Assembly (NCBI GenBank): GCA_010093995.1
Contig: ML992506.1
Coordinates: forward strand, 975,196-1,039,118
DNA length: 63,923 nucleotides
DNA from: Elsinoe ampelina
Lineage: Eukaryota
Direction: 5' to 3'
A program made the translations under genes and the position numbers. The notes beneath the pieces were generated by a model. It saw only the letters and a program-made list of their open reading frames with translations. It was not told the DNA's origin and did not search any database. How positions within the stretch are numbered: the stretch's first letter is position 1; every line of letters starts with the position of its first letter. Below, piece after piece: positions 1 to 11,742 of the stretch.

Positions 1-923
1 GAACTGACACAGTTTCCACAGGACATATCCGTACCTGGGACCGACCCAAGGAAGGCGCCCAAGATGAACTCTAATTCCCATATGAATGTATATTGCGGCT
101 CTGTAGATACAAACGGCCATGTATTCTTACCGCCACATCGGTCGTATCCTGAAAACCCTGACCCCTTGATGCAGATGGGAATTAGCTGGGAATGCGCTTC
201 AGCCCTACACAGATAAGCGCCGCCTTGAAAGCGTCGGGCCGACACGGTGCTGATTCTGGCTCGCGCGAACCACAAACGCTTGAAGGCTGGTGATCGGCTT
301 CTGACCCTCTTCTGAACTCTTCACCGCTCATGGTCTGGCTCTGGCGTCATGGCTGCTCTTGAGCATTTCCATGGTCGAGAGCATGCAGGATCGCGACATG
401 TGAAGGACGGTTCGTCGATGTGGTACATTGAATCAAGCATGACCTGCATAATCGCAATCAAATAAACAAGCATCTGGAACGCTCTTCCAATAGATATACC
501 GTATCGAAACATGTGAAACCGAGCGCTGTCCACCTCGTTATCCCAACCGGCAGAATTCCCGGTCTATTATCTTCAACCAAGATGGACTTGCTGACCTTAT
601 CGCGTTTGAAGGCTCTGCCCTTGTCACAGGGACCACATGGCGCCATCCATGCCAGAAATCTGTGCATTCGGCAAAGACCGAGAGATTTTCGGTGCATTTG
701 CATTGACGAAAGACTGATCCTTGCTGTACGGGTGGATCTTCAAAACGACGCAACCATTTGCCAAGGCTGCATCTGACTCTTTGTTCACTTTTGACCCTAC
801 TCCTACTCAGCTCACCTTGAAGGATCACTCTTATTGTATCTTGAAGAATACAGCCTTGCATGGGCTCTCAGTACTTCCACTCATTCATGCTACCATTGTA
901 ATATCTGCGACGAGCACATCGAA

Positions 924-3079
924 ATGCTGTCGCAACCAAACAGGCACAAGACGCAATTGGAAGTAATGTACGCCGACGTCACTACCCAAACACAAAAAAG
1001 TTGGTTCTTGCTAACATGCCACTACAGTCCCGAAACTCGTTTCGTGGTTTTTCATGGAGACGAGCATACAGCTCCTGTCGTCAAATTGCGAGGAATTGTC
1101 CGGCTCGATGCTGGAGAGTCCATGAGCATCAAGGGAGTGAGGGTACGACTCGAGGGGAAACGAAGAGTAGCGTAAGGATCATACCGGTGAAACTGCAGGA
1201 GGAGCGAGAGGCTGACCTGTGTCACAGATGGTTCTACTCAGGAGGTGTCTCCGCAGGCGAAGTCACTGACAAACAGACCTTCCACCACGACGTAAAGAAC
1301 CTCGGCACAACTGGCACACACAAGATCAAGGCAGGAGTCATAGAATGGCCCTTTGAGTTCACCCTGGATCCAAGCATGCCTGAGAGCGTCGAAGGCTACC
1401 CTAGCACATGGCTTGTCTACAACCTACACGCCGATGTGGAGCGACCGTCTTGGAATCAGAAGGACCTACACGCCAGCACACACATAAGGATTGTTAGGAC
1501 ATTAGGATCAGACCAGATGGAGACGACTAGGTCTCGGACCAACGCCGATATTTGGGCGAACAAGATCAGCTATTCTATCAGCATACCATCCGACGCTGTC
1601 GTGTTCGGCACATCCATCACGGCCGAGGTAGATCTTGCGCCGATCAGGAAAGGCATCACATTGGGCAAGGTGGAACTGCGACTGATGGAAAACGTGACGA
1701 AGCGGATATCGACAGGAGGACATGGCGACTTCCGCGGTGATCGGGTCAAGACCGACGAGATCGAGGTCGCTAAGGAAGAGATGGAGTTCCCAGAACACTC
1801 GCGGATACTATTTGACGACGAGTCGCCGGACAACCCCATGATGGAGGACGAGAGATACTCGTTCAAGGCGAAATTGCCCTTGCCAAAGTCGCTCAAGCAA
1901 TGTCGGCAGGACGTCGACAGCCATTCGATCAACATTACACACAAGTTCAAGTTGATGGTCAACATTCACAATCCGGAGGGTCACACATCGCAGGTCGGTC
2001 AGCCTGACAATAACTGTTCGGACCTAGCACTAACATCATCGCAGCTGGTTTGTAGATTACCCGTGAAGCTGTTCATTTCGCCCAATTTGCCCATCGATGA
2101 GTCGAACCAGGTCCTCAGCGGTGTCAGCACGCTCTCCGAGGAAGAACTAAACAACCAAGAAGCCACTGTTAATGCTCCTCCAACGTATGGCCAGCATCAA
2201 CTTGATGAGCTCTACAGCGACATCATGCCAAGTGGGTACCACACGACCGCACCATCTGGCTTCGCAACGCCCACGGCGGCACTCAGTCGGAGGGGGTCAA
2301 ATGAGAATCTGCCAGGTGCTGCTCATGCAAGCGGCACGCCTGATGGTATCAACGGCAACAGTATCAACTCTGCTCTACTTCGGTCGCGATTGGCTTCTCT
2401 GCAAGAAGGCAGCTTTGTCTCTCTAAACACGAGTGCGACATCTCACTCACCGCAGTATGCATCGTCAAGTCACGGCACGACGTCGCCTCGCCCGATCCCC
2501 ATGCACAGCTACAGTTCCGGCTATTCAAATCGTGTCACACCTCCTACGCGATCACCTCACAGCTCCTCATTACCGCAATCTCGTCGAGCATCTGACGAAG
2601 TGATTCTCGAAGCGCCAAGCAGGAATGGATATGACATGGCCGACCTCACCCGCACGCCAAGCTACGGCACTGCCCTACGAAGCGGCAACGTGACACCATA
2701 CACCGAGTACCCACCCAGCTACATGGAGGCTACCTCCCGCCCACCTTCCCCAGGCGGCCCTCGATCCCCACACGCTATTGGCAGCATACCACGGAGCGGC
2801 ACGGACTTGCCCATACGGACGAATAATCACGACACCAATACCAGCCAGCTAGGCAATAGAGTCGATAGCGGCATAGGCAGCGGCAGCGGCAACAACAGCG
2901 GCTACGCTAGCGCTCTCTCTGGTCTAAGCCCAGTACTCCGCGCCTCAGGCACAGGCTTCAGCAGTCCAAGGAGTGACGGTAGTGCGACCACAGTTGGTCA
3001 GCCATTGACGAGAGTCAACACCAGCACGCGGATTGATGAGGGAGAGGCGAGGTTGAGGATGCTTAGAGGGCGGTCGTGA
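924..3079 (+). CDS. Alpha-arrestin, CreD/Rod1-like HECT (Rsp5/HulA) ubiquitin-ligase adaptor; 4 exons
   Basis: Introns 968-1027, 1172-1227 and 1994-2044 (GT..CTAAC/CTGAC..AG) join MLSQPNRHKTQLEVIPETRFVVFHG... to arrestin N/C-domain sequence (WPFEFTL..PESVEG; IWANKISYSISIP..AVVFG; HKFKLMVNIHNPEGHTSQLVCRLP). The Ser/Pro-rich tail has PY motifs (PPTY, PPSY). Confidence 0.88.
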
Positions 3080-4003
3080 TTTGTTCTCAAAGACTGCATC
3101 AGAGATTGCTTCGATTTACATTGCATTGCGGACGGCGTTTTGGGGGAAATCATTCTTTACGGTCTCGCTGGGTTATAGGAGAGGGAGAGGGATGATACCA
3201 TATAGACTATTGCGCTTTCTTGGGCAAGAGGGAAGGAAGAGGTACACAGGACTGAACAAGAGCTGGACTGCAGCTGGGGCTGAATAGTGGCGTTTTCGGG
3301 AGTGGGATGGGGTGACGATCTCTACTCGACCATTGAATTATGAAGTCTTCTTTACGCTCCTCATCGTTGTCCAGATTCGTGCCATGTGGATCGATCCAGC
3401 TGTTGGGGAGGCGAGAGTGCATGTATATTGGGGAGAAGGAGCCAACCAGGTTGCTGGGTGTCATGCGGCTGAGGTCGCCAAGGGGGAGAAAGGCGTGCCA
3501 AGAGATGGGCGGACGACGTGGCTTGCATATTTGCCTTCGCAGCCGAGTTTTGTACAACCCTGGAGCTGAGTTCGGTGTGGTGAGTCTGTGCTTCGCAAAA
3601 GACTGTGGGCGCAGAATGTCAGACAGTCGCTTCGAGAGATACATGGCATAGTACGGCTGTCTCGAAGTGAACAGGAAGCCTGCATGGACGTGAGGCACGA
3701 GAACGACCAATGTAGACGCTACGCGTTCGACACAGCAGAGCGGGAGAGAGCAGCATGATGGTTGCTCAGCTGAGTATGCACAGCTTCGGAGCTAAGGCAG
3801 GCATGCGTGTTCTTGTGATGCACGATCTCAATATCGTGGTGCTGGCCACGATGTAGGGTCTTGTACCAGGATACAATGCGCAAATCAATCGTCCGCCATG
3901 TTTCCAGGCTTGAATGCGCGAAATTAAGTACGCATTGTTTTCGATCCGTCTCTTACCAGGTTCCGTGCACCTGCGAACTGCATAGTCGCATACTCGCCCC
4001 AAT

Positions 4004-5959
4004 ATGGCTTGCTTGTCAACAATTAGTAGCGACAATCTCATCACGAATTGTACCATCCCTTCCACGCCACAAACGCTCGTCTCGACCACACCGTCCACGT
4101 TCCTCTCGACGACAAGAAGTCCAAGTGCCAAAACACGATATCACCTCGTCAACACCATTCCTCCAGAGGGGATTCCACTTCCGCCTCTTCAGGGTGTCGA
4201 GAATGCTACCAACGGGACTGAGAGTAACTGCCTGGTTTTCTTCGGACTGCAAGCATGGTATACCTGGATTTCGAATCCGTCTTTGCCTACTGTCGGCACA
4301 GCCTTTGTGACGATGGATGTGACAAATCAGACAGTAGCAACATCCAGGATTTGTACACCGTCACTTTTGAGGCAGACATTCAGGAACAGTTTGGGAAATT
4401 ACTTTCCTCACGTAGAGGGGAAAGAGTTCGACGAATCATGCAACCAATTAGGCCCATATGTCGATGGTGCCACTTTGACCTTCGCAAGAGGAATTGATGG
4501 GCCTCAATCAGTGCTAGGTCTCAGCCAATACATGTCGGTGAGTTGGCAGAACTCTGCCACTGACCTGATCTTCGAGACGACATTTGACACTCCACGCTTC
4601 TACACAGGAGCTGTGAGTACTAATTCAGGTCTTTGGTTTGGTACCACTGTCTCGTGGCACGAGATGCCGGCTCTTGGACAATTATTTCCTGGTATATCTA
4701 CACTTCTGGACCGCTGTACGACCATTTACCCCGATGGGAGCCCCCAGACTCTCCTGGCCGCTAATTATCTGACGATCTACACCACTCAGACAACCAAAGC
4801 CGCAGTACTGACACAACCGACTGCGAAGGCAGTGTCAAGCGTCCAAGCTGTACGGACGATACCAAGTCCTGGTCTGGCGAAGCAAACCATAACCCCAGCT
4901 GCTGATGTCAAGAAAGAGCACGAGATAGGTGTTAGTATGGTCAATCCAGCTCAATCTGAGGTGCCATCCCCAGAACCGACGTGGCGTTCATCGGTGGATA
5001 CTGCAGGCGCCCATCCTCAGCTTTCGGGACACAACGATGTTAAGCCAGTCCCGCAGGCAGACCTCGATGACGAGAATGCTGCTGAATCACACGAGGATGA
5101 AGTTTCCCCGGGTCTGGCGGTCAGTGGCACCCAGACCCTCCATCAGGGAGGGCCAACCACCACCATCTCCGGCCACGAGATTTACCTCCCTCCTCCACCA
5201 TTCTCTACTCCCTCATATCCCGGTGATCCGTCCCCAGCCAGTCAACCAGAACTCAAAGTCGTCATCGACTCCTCAACCATCCCTCTCGCCTCTCTAGACG
5301 CTCACATTTCGACCGCTCTCCCCGATCTCCTACACGCAGGTCTCTCCGTTCTTCTCCCTACCGCTCCCTCGCCCAACACTCTTGCAGCTTCTGAACCCTC
5401 TCGTTCAAGCATCATCCCAGCACTCATCATCAATGGGGAAACCCTCGCTCGCGCGTCTCCACCCATGACCGTCAAGGGACACGTCATCTCCCTCCCTCCC
5501 CAACCCTCTCCTGCTCCCGGAACCGACTCACCTGGTGACGAGATGATGGTGGTCGTGGACGGAACAACCATGTCTCTCTCCCGAGCCACCGTCATACCAG
5601 ACCTCAAAGACACTGACGTGCGGCTCACCACCGTCCCAGCTCCCTCAGAATCAGAAGCCGGAGCAGGCGTCGCTGGGACTGAGTCGGGGGCAGAGTCGGG
5701 AGGTGAAGCAGGCGCGGGTACGGACACAGATGGTACCGCTGGAGGAAATGTAGCAGGATGGATCATGCGCGGCCTTGGGGCTTCTTCTGCTTCTGCTTCT
5801 GCTTCACCTGCTGGTAGTGCGGCTGGGAGCATCGCGCCACAGAGCGGTGGTAGAGCGAGGAACGGGACGGTGGTGTTCACTGGTCCTTCCACGAGGTTCA
5901 GACCTGTACTTGCGTTGGGGTTGGCGAGTCTTTGTGTTGCTATCGTGGCGAGCTTGTAG
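4004..5959 (+). CDS. Thr/Ser/Pro-rich putative cell-surface protein with GPI-anchor-like C-terminus
   Basis: 651-aa ORF with a Cys-containing N-terminal part, degenerate repeats (GTQTLHQGGPTTTISGHEIYL / NGETLARASPPMTVKGHVISL; VVIDSSTIPL / VVVDGTTMSL) and a hydrophobic C-terminus (NGTVVFTG...VLALGLASLCVAIVASL). No clear signal peptide. Confidence 0.65.
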   Translation: MACLSTISSDNLITNCTIPSTPQTLVSTTPSTFLSTTRSPSAKTRYHLVNTIPPEGIPLPPLQGVENATNGTESNCLVFFGLQAWYTWISNPSLPTVGTAFVTMDVTNQTVATSRICTPSLLRQTFRNSLGNYFPHVEGKEFDESCNQLGPYVDGATLTFARGIDGPQSVLGLSQYMSVSWQNSATDLIFETTFDTPRFYTGAVSTNSGLWFGTTVSWHEMPALGQLFPGISTLLDRCTTIYPDGSPQTLLAANYLTIYTTQTTKAAVLTQPTAKAVSSVQAVRTIPSPGLAKQTITPAADVKKEHEIGVSMVNPAQSEVPSPEPTWRSSVDTAGAHPQLSGHNDVKPVPQADLDDENAAESHEDEVSPGLAVSGTQTLHQGGPTTTISGHEIYLPPPPFSTPSYPGDPSPASQPELKVVIDSSTIPLASLDAHISTALPDLLHAGLSVLLPTAPSPNTLAASEPSRSSIIPALIINGETLARASPPMTVKGHVISLPPQPSPAPGTDSPGDEMMVVVDGTTMSLSRATVIPDLKDTDVRLTTVPAPSESEAGAGVAGTESGAESGGEAGAGTDTDGTAGGNVAGWIMRGLGASSASASASPAGSAAGSIAPQSGGRARNGTVVFTGPSTRFRPVLALGLASLCVAIVASL

Positions 5960-6268
5960 ACATGTCCAATCAGGAATGACCACATGATGATGACGGGCTG
6001 ATTGCAGAAAAGTCTACATCTGCTGATCAGCGATGATGGTAATGAGGGATGCATGGATTCGCAAAACAGTTGCAAATGATAAGATAAGAAGTGATATGGG
6101 GACAACTACCCACTGCTATGCTAGGAAAACCACAGGTCATAAGTCGTGTCTCGTATAATATTCCGCCCAGCAATCCCATCACAGACATGGAAAATCCACA
6201 CTTCCAGTTACGTTACCACAATAAACTCCCCTATCCATCTTTGGCCCCTCCATCTTCTTCATCCGACC

Positions 6269-9133
6269 TCACACATTCCCAATAACAACCATAAACCTCA
6301 ACCGTCCCTCATTCCTCTTGACAGGCCTCACCCCCTCCCCCTCCCCCTCTCCAAACCCGGTCCCAAATCCCATCACCCCACTCCCACCAGCATATCCCTG
6401 CCCCCACGCATCATCGTCTCCCAACCCTTCATCCAACATCAAGGTACTGCTCTTCCACCCCCAACTCTGACTGAAATTGAACCTGTCCGGGGCACTCTCG
6501 TAAACACTCAGCATCCGTCCGCCTTTGCTTGGAGAGTAGATCTTGAAGTACGTCTTGATGGTCGGACGGGCGTCGACATAGCCTGGTAGGGTGGGGACGT
6601 ACTCTTTGCTTAGACGGGCGACTTCGATGTCGTCGGTGGAGTCGTCGGGGTCATCGGAGGCGTTAGGAGGCTTGGGGCGTTCCAACGAGGAGGAATCGCG
6701 GCGTTTGGGGTCGAGGTCGGTGAGTTGACGGGTTTTGCGGTAGGGGATGTCGTTGAGCGTCGAGAGGTTGCGGGAGTTGGAGGCGTGAAGGGAGACGTCG
6801 ATGTCGGCGCTGCCGCTGCTTTCGTCATCCGGGGCGAGCGTGTCGAGGTCGGTGTCACGGCGGAGACGGCGGCGGGCGGTAAGGTGGTCGCGGCGGAGGA
6901 GCATTTCGCGTTCGAGTAGACCGATGCGTTCGTCTACACTGCCTTGGCCGAGACCAGAGGTGTTGACAAGGGCTTCCTCGGTCTCACGCTCTTTGGCACG
7001 GTGGAGGTAAACGCCAAGCTGTGGGTTCTTGGACGAGCGAACCTTCTGAATATAGATGTTCCATAGAGAGCCGGCATAGAAAATGGTTCTGGAGTAGACA
7101 CGTTTCTTCTCCTTGAGCAGACGGGGATTTGGAAACTCGGCTGCAAACCGGAAAGGTGGAAAGTGTGTGAAAGCCACAGGCTTCATCTCTGAACCTGAGG
7201 ACTGAGCGTGTGCTGATGACGGCCTGAGAGGTGGTAGTGGACGAGTGTCTGCAGACGCAGCACCAAAGTCAGATGCCCATTGGACATCTTCTGGCTGAAG
7301 TGTGCCTGACAGCCGAGAGGCATGACGCTGGACACCTGTCGGCGGTGAAGTCGCGATGACAGGATCAGCATTGCCGCCCATTACCATGTTGCAGTCTGCC
7401 GAAGGGATCCAGAACTTCCGGGGCCTGCCATTACCGTCCCATGAATTAGAAGGGAGGTCATCGTCCTCTCTCGACGAAGACGATAGGTTGCTCACTCTCT
7501 TCTTGCCTTTGCTACTCGTCATGTCGATCAGAAGCGGCTCTTCGACCGTTGGTGAGATTGGTTCCTCGGCTGCTTGGCTAAGTCCCAACTCCATGCTGGT
7601 GTCAGCAGCGTTCAACACACGCTGCCGCAGTTCAAGCTGCATCCATAGTGCTTCCGAGATGACCTTTTCGGGCATGAGCGGTAGTCCGAAGATGTCCGTG
7701 GCTTTGCGGATGTATTGAAGATGCTCGTAGTCCAGATGAACGTAATGTATGCCTTCGTCGAGCAGAACGAGTAGAGGCTCGATATCTGGATGCGTGTACA
7801 ACGATACCCACCGATGAGCGTTCTCGGGCAAATTGGACGCTGTCCGCACATGGTTTCTCCGGTAAACGGTGTCAAAGCGGACAGCCATCAGCTTGACCAC
7901 ATCGGGGGCTTCCAGAATTCTCCTTGTGCCTGGAACGACAAGTCCTGACTCGAGAGCGGCATTCCGTAGTCTGCGATTCAAGATTCGCTTGGCAAGAACC
8001 CATCTATCCCACTCACCGTTGACGTAAAAGCCATCGCCGCCAACAATCTCGCGGATGATGTCGGCCGGCACCCCATCCCAATTTCTTAGCGGCATTCTCC
8101 ATCCATCACGACAAAGCATGGCTTTGGCAGATGCCAATATCTTGTCCCCTGCCCGACCATAGTAGTTGCTGGTGACCAGTTTAATAAGAGGATTGAGGGT
8201 GCCAGGAGTCATATGGCGGAGCATGGCTTCGATACTTGAGTCTATTAAATCGTGCATCTCCAGCCAGCAACCGGTAGCGAAAAGTCCAATGGCTTCGGTG
8301 GCCTCTTCTTGGGGAACGCTGGCGCCGTACAAGCGCTTCAATGCTAGTTCGAAACATACTTGAGTGATGTTGTTGTCGACATCCTCTGGGTGTAGAGTGA
8401 TGTTGTTAGAAGTACTCTCGATCCACTGGCCAGATAAAGCGGTACTGAAGAACGGAGCTCGTGCCAGCATCAGGCGATGAAGACGGTAAGCACAACCAAA
8501 AGCGTTGACAGTGATGTCCGAGTGCTTTCCACTGAGTAATCCTTGGGTGTAGAGGTGACCAGCAAGTGATATAGGCTCGGTTGCAAGACTGCGTGGCTTG
8601 TACTCTATAGGCGCGTTAAAGGACGCGGATCTTGACTCGGCTGACGGAGCATGCACGGCGAAGAGGCGGTTGAGAGTGTTTGGGGTTGAATCAGGACGAG
8701 GGAATGGATCATGACTTTGAACGGGCGTGGAAGGGTCATCAACATCTTTTTCGACTCTTGGTATCCGCGGACGCTGAGAAGACGAAGACATCTGATCCGC
8801 AGCCTCGGATAGCTGATGTGCTTCTGGTGACTGCCTCCCAGCGAGCGTCGACAATGGTTGTGGTGAACTAATCGGTGCCGGGATCGACTCGGACATTACT
8901 GGTGAGTTGTTTGCTGCAGCAACAAGAGACGTGGGCAGTCCACCACGTATGGTAGCGGAAGACGAACCAGCACCATTGGAGAAGAGGGAAGGGCGATGGA
9001 GGGCGGAGCTGCCTGAAGGAGTGGCACTGTCGACAAAGGCATTCGAGACTCCGTCGTGGGCGTATGTTCCGTCAGCATCAGCATAGAATGTAAACTCGGA
9101 CGAGTAGGAATTGCGTTTGTCCATGGTGGTCAC
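6269..9133 (-). CDS. BTB/POZ-domain protein with C-terminal MATH-like region (fungal germ-cell-less-like family)
   Basis: 954-aa single-exon ORF with a BTB signature (SDITVNAFGCAYRLHRLMLARAPFFSTALSGQWIES...FELALKRLYG) and a conserved C-terminal PPFRFAAEF...YAGSLWNIYIQKV...FSQSWGWKS. Confidence 0.85.
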   Translation of the reverse strand: MTTMDKRNSYSSEFTFYADADGTYAHDGVSNAFVDSATPSGSSALHRPSLFSNGAGSSSATIRGGLPTSLVAAANNSPVMSESIPAPISSPQPLSTLAGRQSPEAHQLSEAADQMSSSSQRPRIPRVEKDVDDPSTPVQSHDPFPRPDSTPNTLNRLFAVHAPSAESRSASFNAPIEYKPRSLATEPISLAGHLYTQGLLSGKHSDITVNAFGCAYRLHRLMLARAPFFSTALSGQWIESTSNNITLHPEDVDNNITQVCFELALKRLYGASVPQEEATEAIGLFATGCWLEMHDLIDSSIEAMLRHMTPGTLNPLIKLVTSNYYGRAGDKILASAKAMLCRDGWRMPLRNWDGVPADIIREIVGGDGFYVNGEWDRWVLAKRILNRRLRNAALESGLVVPGTRRILEAPDVVKLMAVRFDTVYRRNHVRTASNLPENAHRWVSLYTHPDIEPLLVLLDEGIHYVHLDYEHLQYIRKATDIFGLPLMPEKVISEALWMQLELRQRVLNAADTSMELGLSQAAEEPISPTVEEPLLIDMTSSKGKKRVSNLSSSSREDDDLPSNSWDGNGRPRKFWIPSADCNMVMGGNADPVIATSPPTGVQRHASRLSGTLQPEDVQWASDFGAASADTRPLPPLRPSSAHAQSSGSEMKPVAFTHFPPFRFAAEFPNPRLLKEKKRVYSRTIFYAGSLWNIYIQKVRSSKNPQLGVYLHRAKERETEEALVNTSGLGQGSVDERIGLLEREMLLRRDHLTARRRLRRDTDLDTLAPDDESSGSADIDVSLHASNSRNLSTLNDIPYRKTRQLTDLDPKRRDSSSLERPKPPNASDDPDDSTDDIEVARLSKEYVPTLPGYVDARPTIKTYFKIYSPSKGGRMLSVYESAPDRFNFSQSWGWKSSTLMLDEGLGDDDAWGQGYAGGSGVMGFGTGFGEGEGEGVRPVKRNEGRLRFMVVIGNV

Positions 9134-9674
9134 GAAGGAGATAGCAGATGCCTTCTTTCACCGCCCGGAGGGGTATCGAGGATCCGAGGAATGGGGTCGA
9201 GGTCACGAGGGGTAAGAGTAGGAAGTGTCGCAGCCAGCCGACATGGCGTCCGTCGCAGGATATGAAGCAGGACTGTACAGGCTGAATGGTAGAATCAAAG
9301 TCGTAGTAATGTTAGGGCTGTAGCAAAGAACAGAGGTTGTGAGTAATCCTTGTTGCATCTGACGTGACTTCTTGGAGCTTGAGCCTTGAAAAGCTCAAAA
9401 GCTCTGGCAGGCTGATTGCTGATCTGCCTCTTCTTTGGATCTTCTGCCTCTTCTCCGGTTCACGACCCACACCGTCAACCTGTCAAACCACTCCCTTTCA
9501 TTCGTTCCGGGTCAAGCCCTACCGAAGCCCCATGCAGGGACTTTTCCGAATCTTTCCTTTTGCTGGCCATCGGCTTCATCATAGACTTGCCCTGCACCAC
9601 TGAGCCGCTCTTGAGCATCTGGATAGACCTCTTCTTTCTCCCGTCTTCCCGCGCTCACCACGCACGCACGCACG

Positions 9675-11189
9675 ATGCGAGCATCCACAGCCGCAGTCGG
9701 TATCCTCTTCAGATCGCCCCTCGTCCCTCGGGCAGGCAGCTTCGTGTGTCGCCGCTGTCTCCACTCCAAAGGTGCTTCGACCAAGACAATCAAGGCCGTA
9801 CGTGAGACGGCCTTCCTCAAGGCCTTCAAGACACCGACCCAAAGATCAATACGACATGTCTCTTCTGATATAGCAGCACCAGCATCGCCTCTGGCCAGTC
9901 TGAGCAGGAGTATAGGGGTGCGCAAGACTCCTAGGGCGAATAGCTTCCCGGAGACGAACAGTAAGAGCGTGGCATATTGGCTGCTTGGGAGTGCTGCCAG
10001 CGTCTTCGGTCTGGTCATTTTCGGAGGCCTCACCAGGCTCACAGAGTCTGGTTTAAGCATCACAGAATGGAGACCAGTAGCTGGCTCAGTGCCTCCCACC
10101 AACCAGGACATGTGGGAGTCTGAATTCGCCCTTTATCGAGCTTCGCCAGAATTCAAGCAGCTCAACTCAAGGATGACCCTCGAGGAATTCAAGCAGATCT
10201 ACTGGATGGAATGGATACACAGGATCTGGGGCCGAGTAGTTGGCGTCACCTTTCTGCTGCCCACAGCATACTTTATCATTCGCCGGCGAGTGACTGGAAG
10301 AATGGCCTTGAAATTGACAGGCATTTGTGGACTCATTGGTTTCCAAGGCTTCCTCGGCTGGTGGATGGTCAAGAGTGGTCTCAAGGATGATCTGTTCGCA
10401 CCGGGCTCTCATCCGCGAGTGAGTCAATACCGCTTGACAGCACATCTCGGCACGGCTTTCATCTGCTATTTGGCCATGTTCTGGAACGGCATCTCCATCT
10501 TGCGCGACAACAAGCTGCTTGCGGATCCAGCAAAGGCACAGCAACTACTCAATGCCAACTCTCACCCTGGGCTGAAGCTCTTTAGACGAAGTGTTGCCGG
10601 ACTGCTTGCCCTGGTTTTTGTCACGGCCATGTCTGGAGGACTTGTGGCCGGTCTCGATGCAGGTCTCATCTACAACGAGTTCCCGTACATGGGTCTCGGA
10701 CTCACACCGCCCAAGAAAGAGCTGTTTGACCCGTTCTACAGCCACGTCCCGGACCAGTCTGATCTGTGGTGGAGGAACATGCTCGAGAATCCCTCCCTTG
10801 TCCAACTCGATCACCGCATTCTGGCCACCACCACCTTTACCGCTGTCATGGGTATGTGGGCATACACAAAGTTCAATCCAAAGGTCAGATCTCTCATGAC
10901 TGGTCCCGCAAGAAGGGGTGTCACCGGAGTCGTGGGCCTCGTATGGATGCAAGTGATACTTGGAATCAGCACTTTGCTGTACTTGGTTCCAGTACCTGTA
11001 GCATCTGCCCACCAAGCAGGTGCTCTCGCCCTCTTGACCGGAACAATATTTCTTGGGAATAGAATCTGGATTTCAAGACGGCTCACGGCACAAATCGCAC
11101 AGCGTCTTGCCGTCGCAAAATCTGGAGCTATGAGAAGCACTCATAGGCTAGGAAGGGGTCACATCCAGCATCCCGTCACAACATTATGA
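9675..11189 (+). CDS. COX15: Heme A synthase (cytochrome c oxidase assembly protein COX15)
   Basis: Motifs GGLTRLTESGLSITEWRP, EWIHRIWGR, QGFLGWWMVKSGL, VSQYRLTAHL, VAGLDAGLIYNEFP, VQLDHR and HQAGAL; Arg-rich mitochondrial presequence. Confidence 0.97.
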   Translation: MRASTAAVGILFRSPLVPRAGSFVCRRCLHSKGASTKTIKAVRETAFLKAFKTPTQRSIRHVSSDIAAPASPLASLSRSIGVRKTPRANSFPETNSKSVAYWLLGSAASVFGLVIFGGLTRLTESGLSITEWRPVAGSVPPTNQDMWESEFALYRASPEFKQLNSRMTLEEFKQIYWMEWIHRIWGRVVGVTFLLPTAYFIIRRRVTGRMALKLTGICGLIGFQGFLGWWMVKSGLKDDLFAPGSHPRVSQYRLTAHLGTAFICYLAMFWNGISILRDNKLLADPAKAQQLLNANSHPGLKLFRRSVAGLLALVFVTAMSGGLVAGLDAGLIYNEFPYMGLGLTPPKKELFDPFYSHVPDQSDLWWRNMLENPSLVQLDHRILATTTFTAVMGMWAYTKFNPKVRSLMTGPARRGVTGVVGLVWMQVILGISTLLYLVPVPVASAHQAGALALLTGTIFLGNRIWISRRLTAQIAQRLAVAKSGAMRSTHRLGRGHIQHPVTTL

Positions 11190-11742
11190 TCAACGAATGA
11201 AATAGATGTAAAATAGTGTATCAATCGCCAATAGAATTGCATCTCTGCCCGGATTACGCCAATTCTTTCCCCACAGTGTCAGGGTCTCCTCACGTGTCAG
11301 TGGCGGGCCGCAGATTGTGGCGTGGCGCTATTGGGATCTAAGATCTTCTGGTTGCCAGCTCCCACGGCGATCTATCTCACACCATCTTCGGTTCTACAGT
11401 TCCATGGGTATCACAGTAACGGGATGCAAATGTGCAGTGCGCTGTCAATGGCACCATAACGGCGCTTCGGCCCTTGCGAGTCCTCTTGTGGCTCGCTACT
11501 GCATGCATCTCTCAGCCATGGCTTCATGTCACTAACACTTTGATACCACTTCTCGTACAGCTATTGTCGATCACCCTCTAGAATTTTTGCCGTGTGCCGT
11601 CTCACTTTCATATTACTGTGCAGCAATGGCAGATCCAACCATCCAGCAAGGTAAGAGTATCTATAATTCCCTTCTCCTCTTCTCCCTAGCATCTCATAGA
11701 CCCTCAATCACTCAATCCTCACTGCCTACTTGAGCCGCCAGC

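Noticed and set aside
5302..6105. Long antisense or alternate-frame ORFs over GC-skewed genes (also 18504-19451, 33264-34052, 12624-13199)
   Set aside because: Shadows of real genes caused by high GC3 and stop-codon scarcity; the translations are low-complexity.
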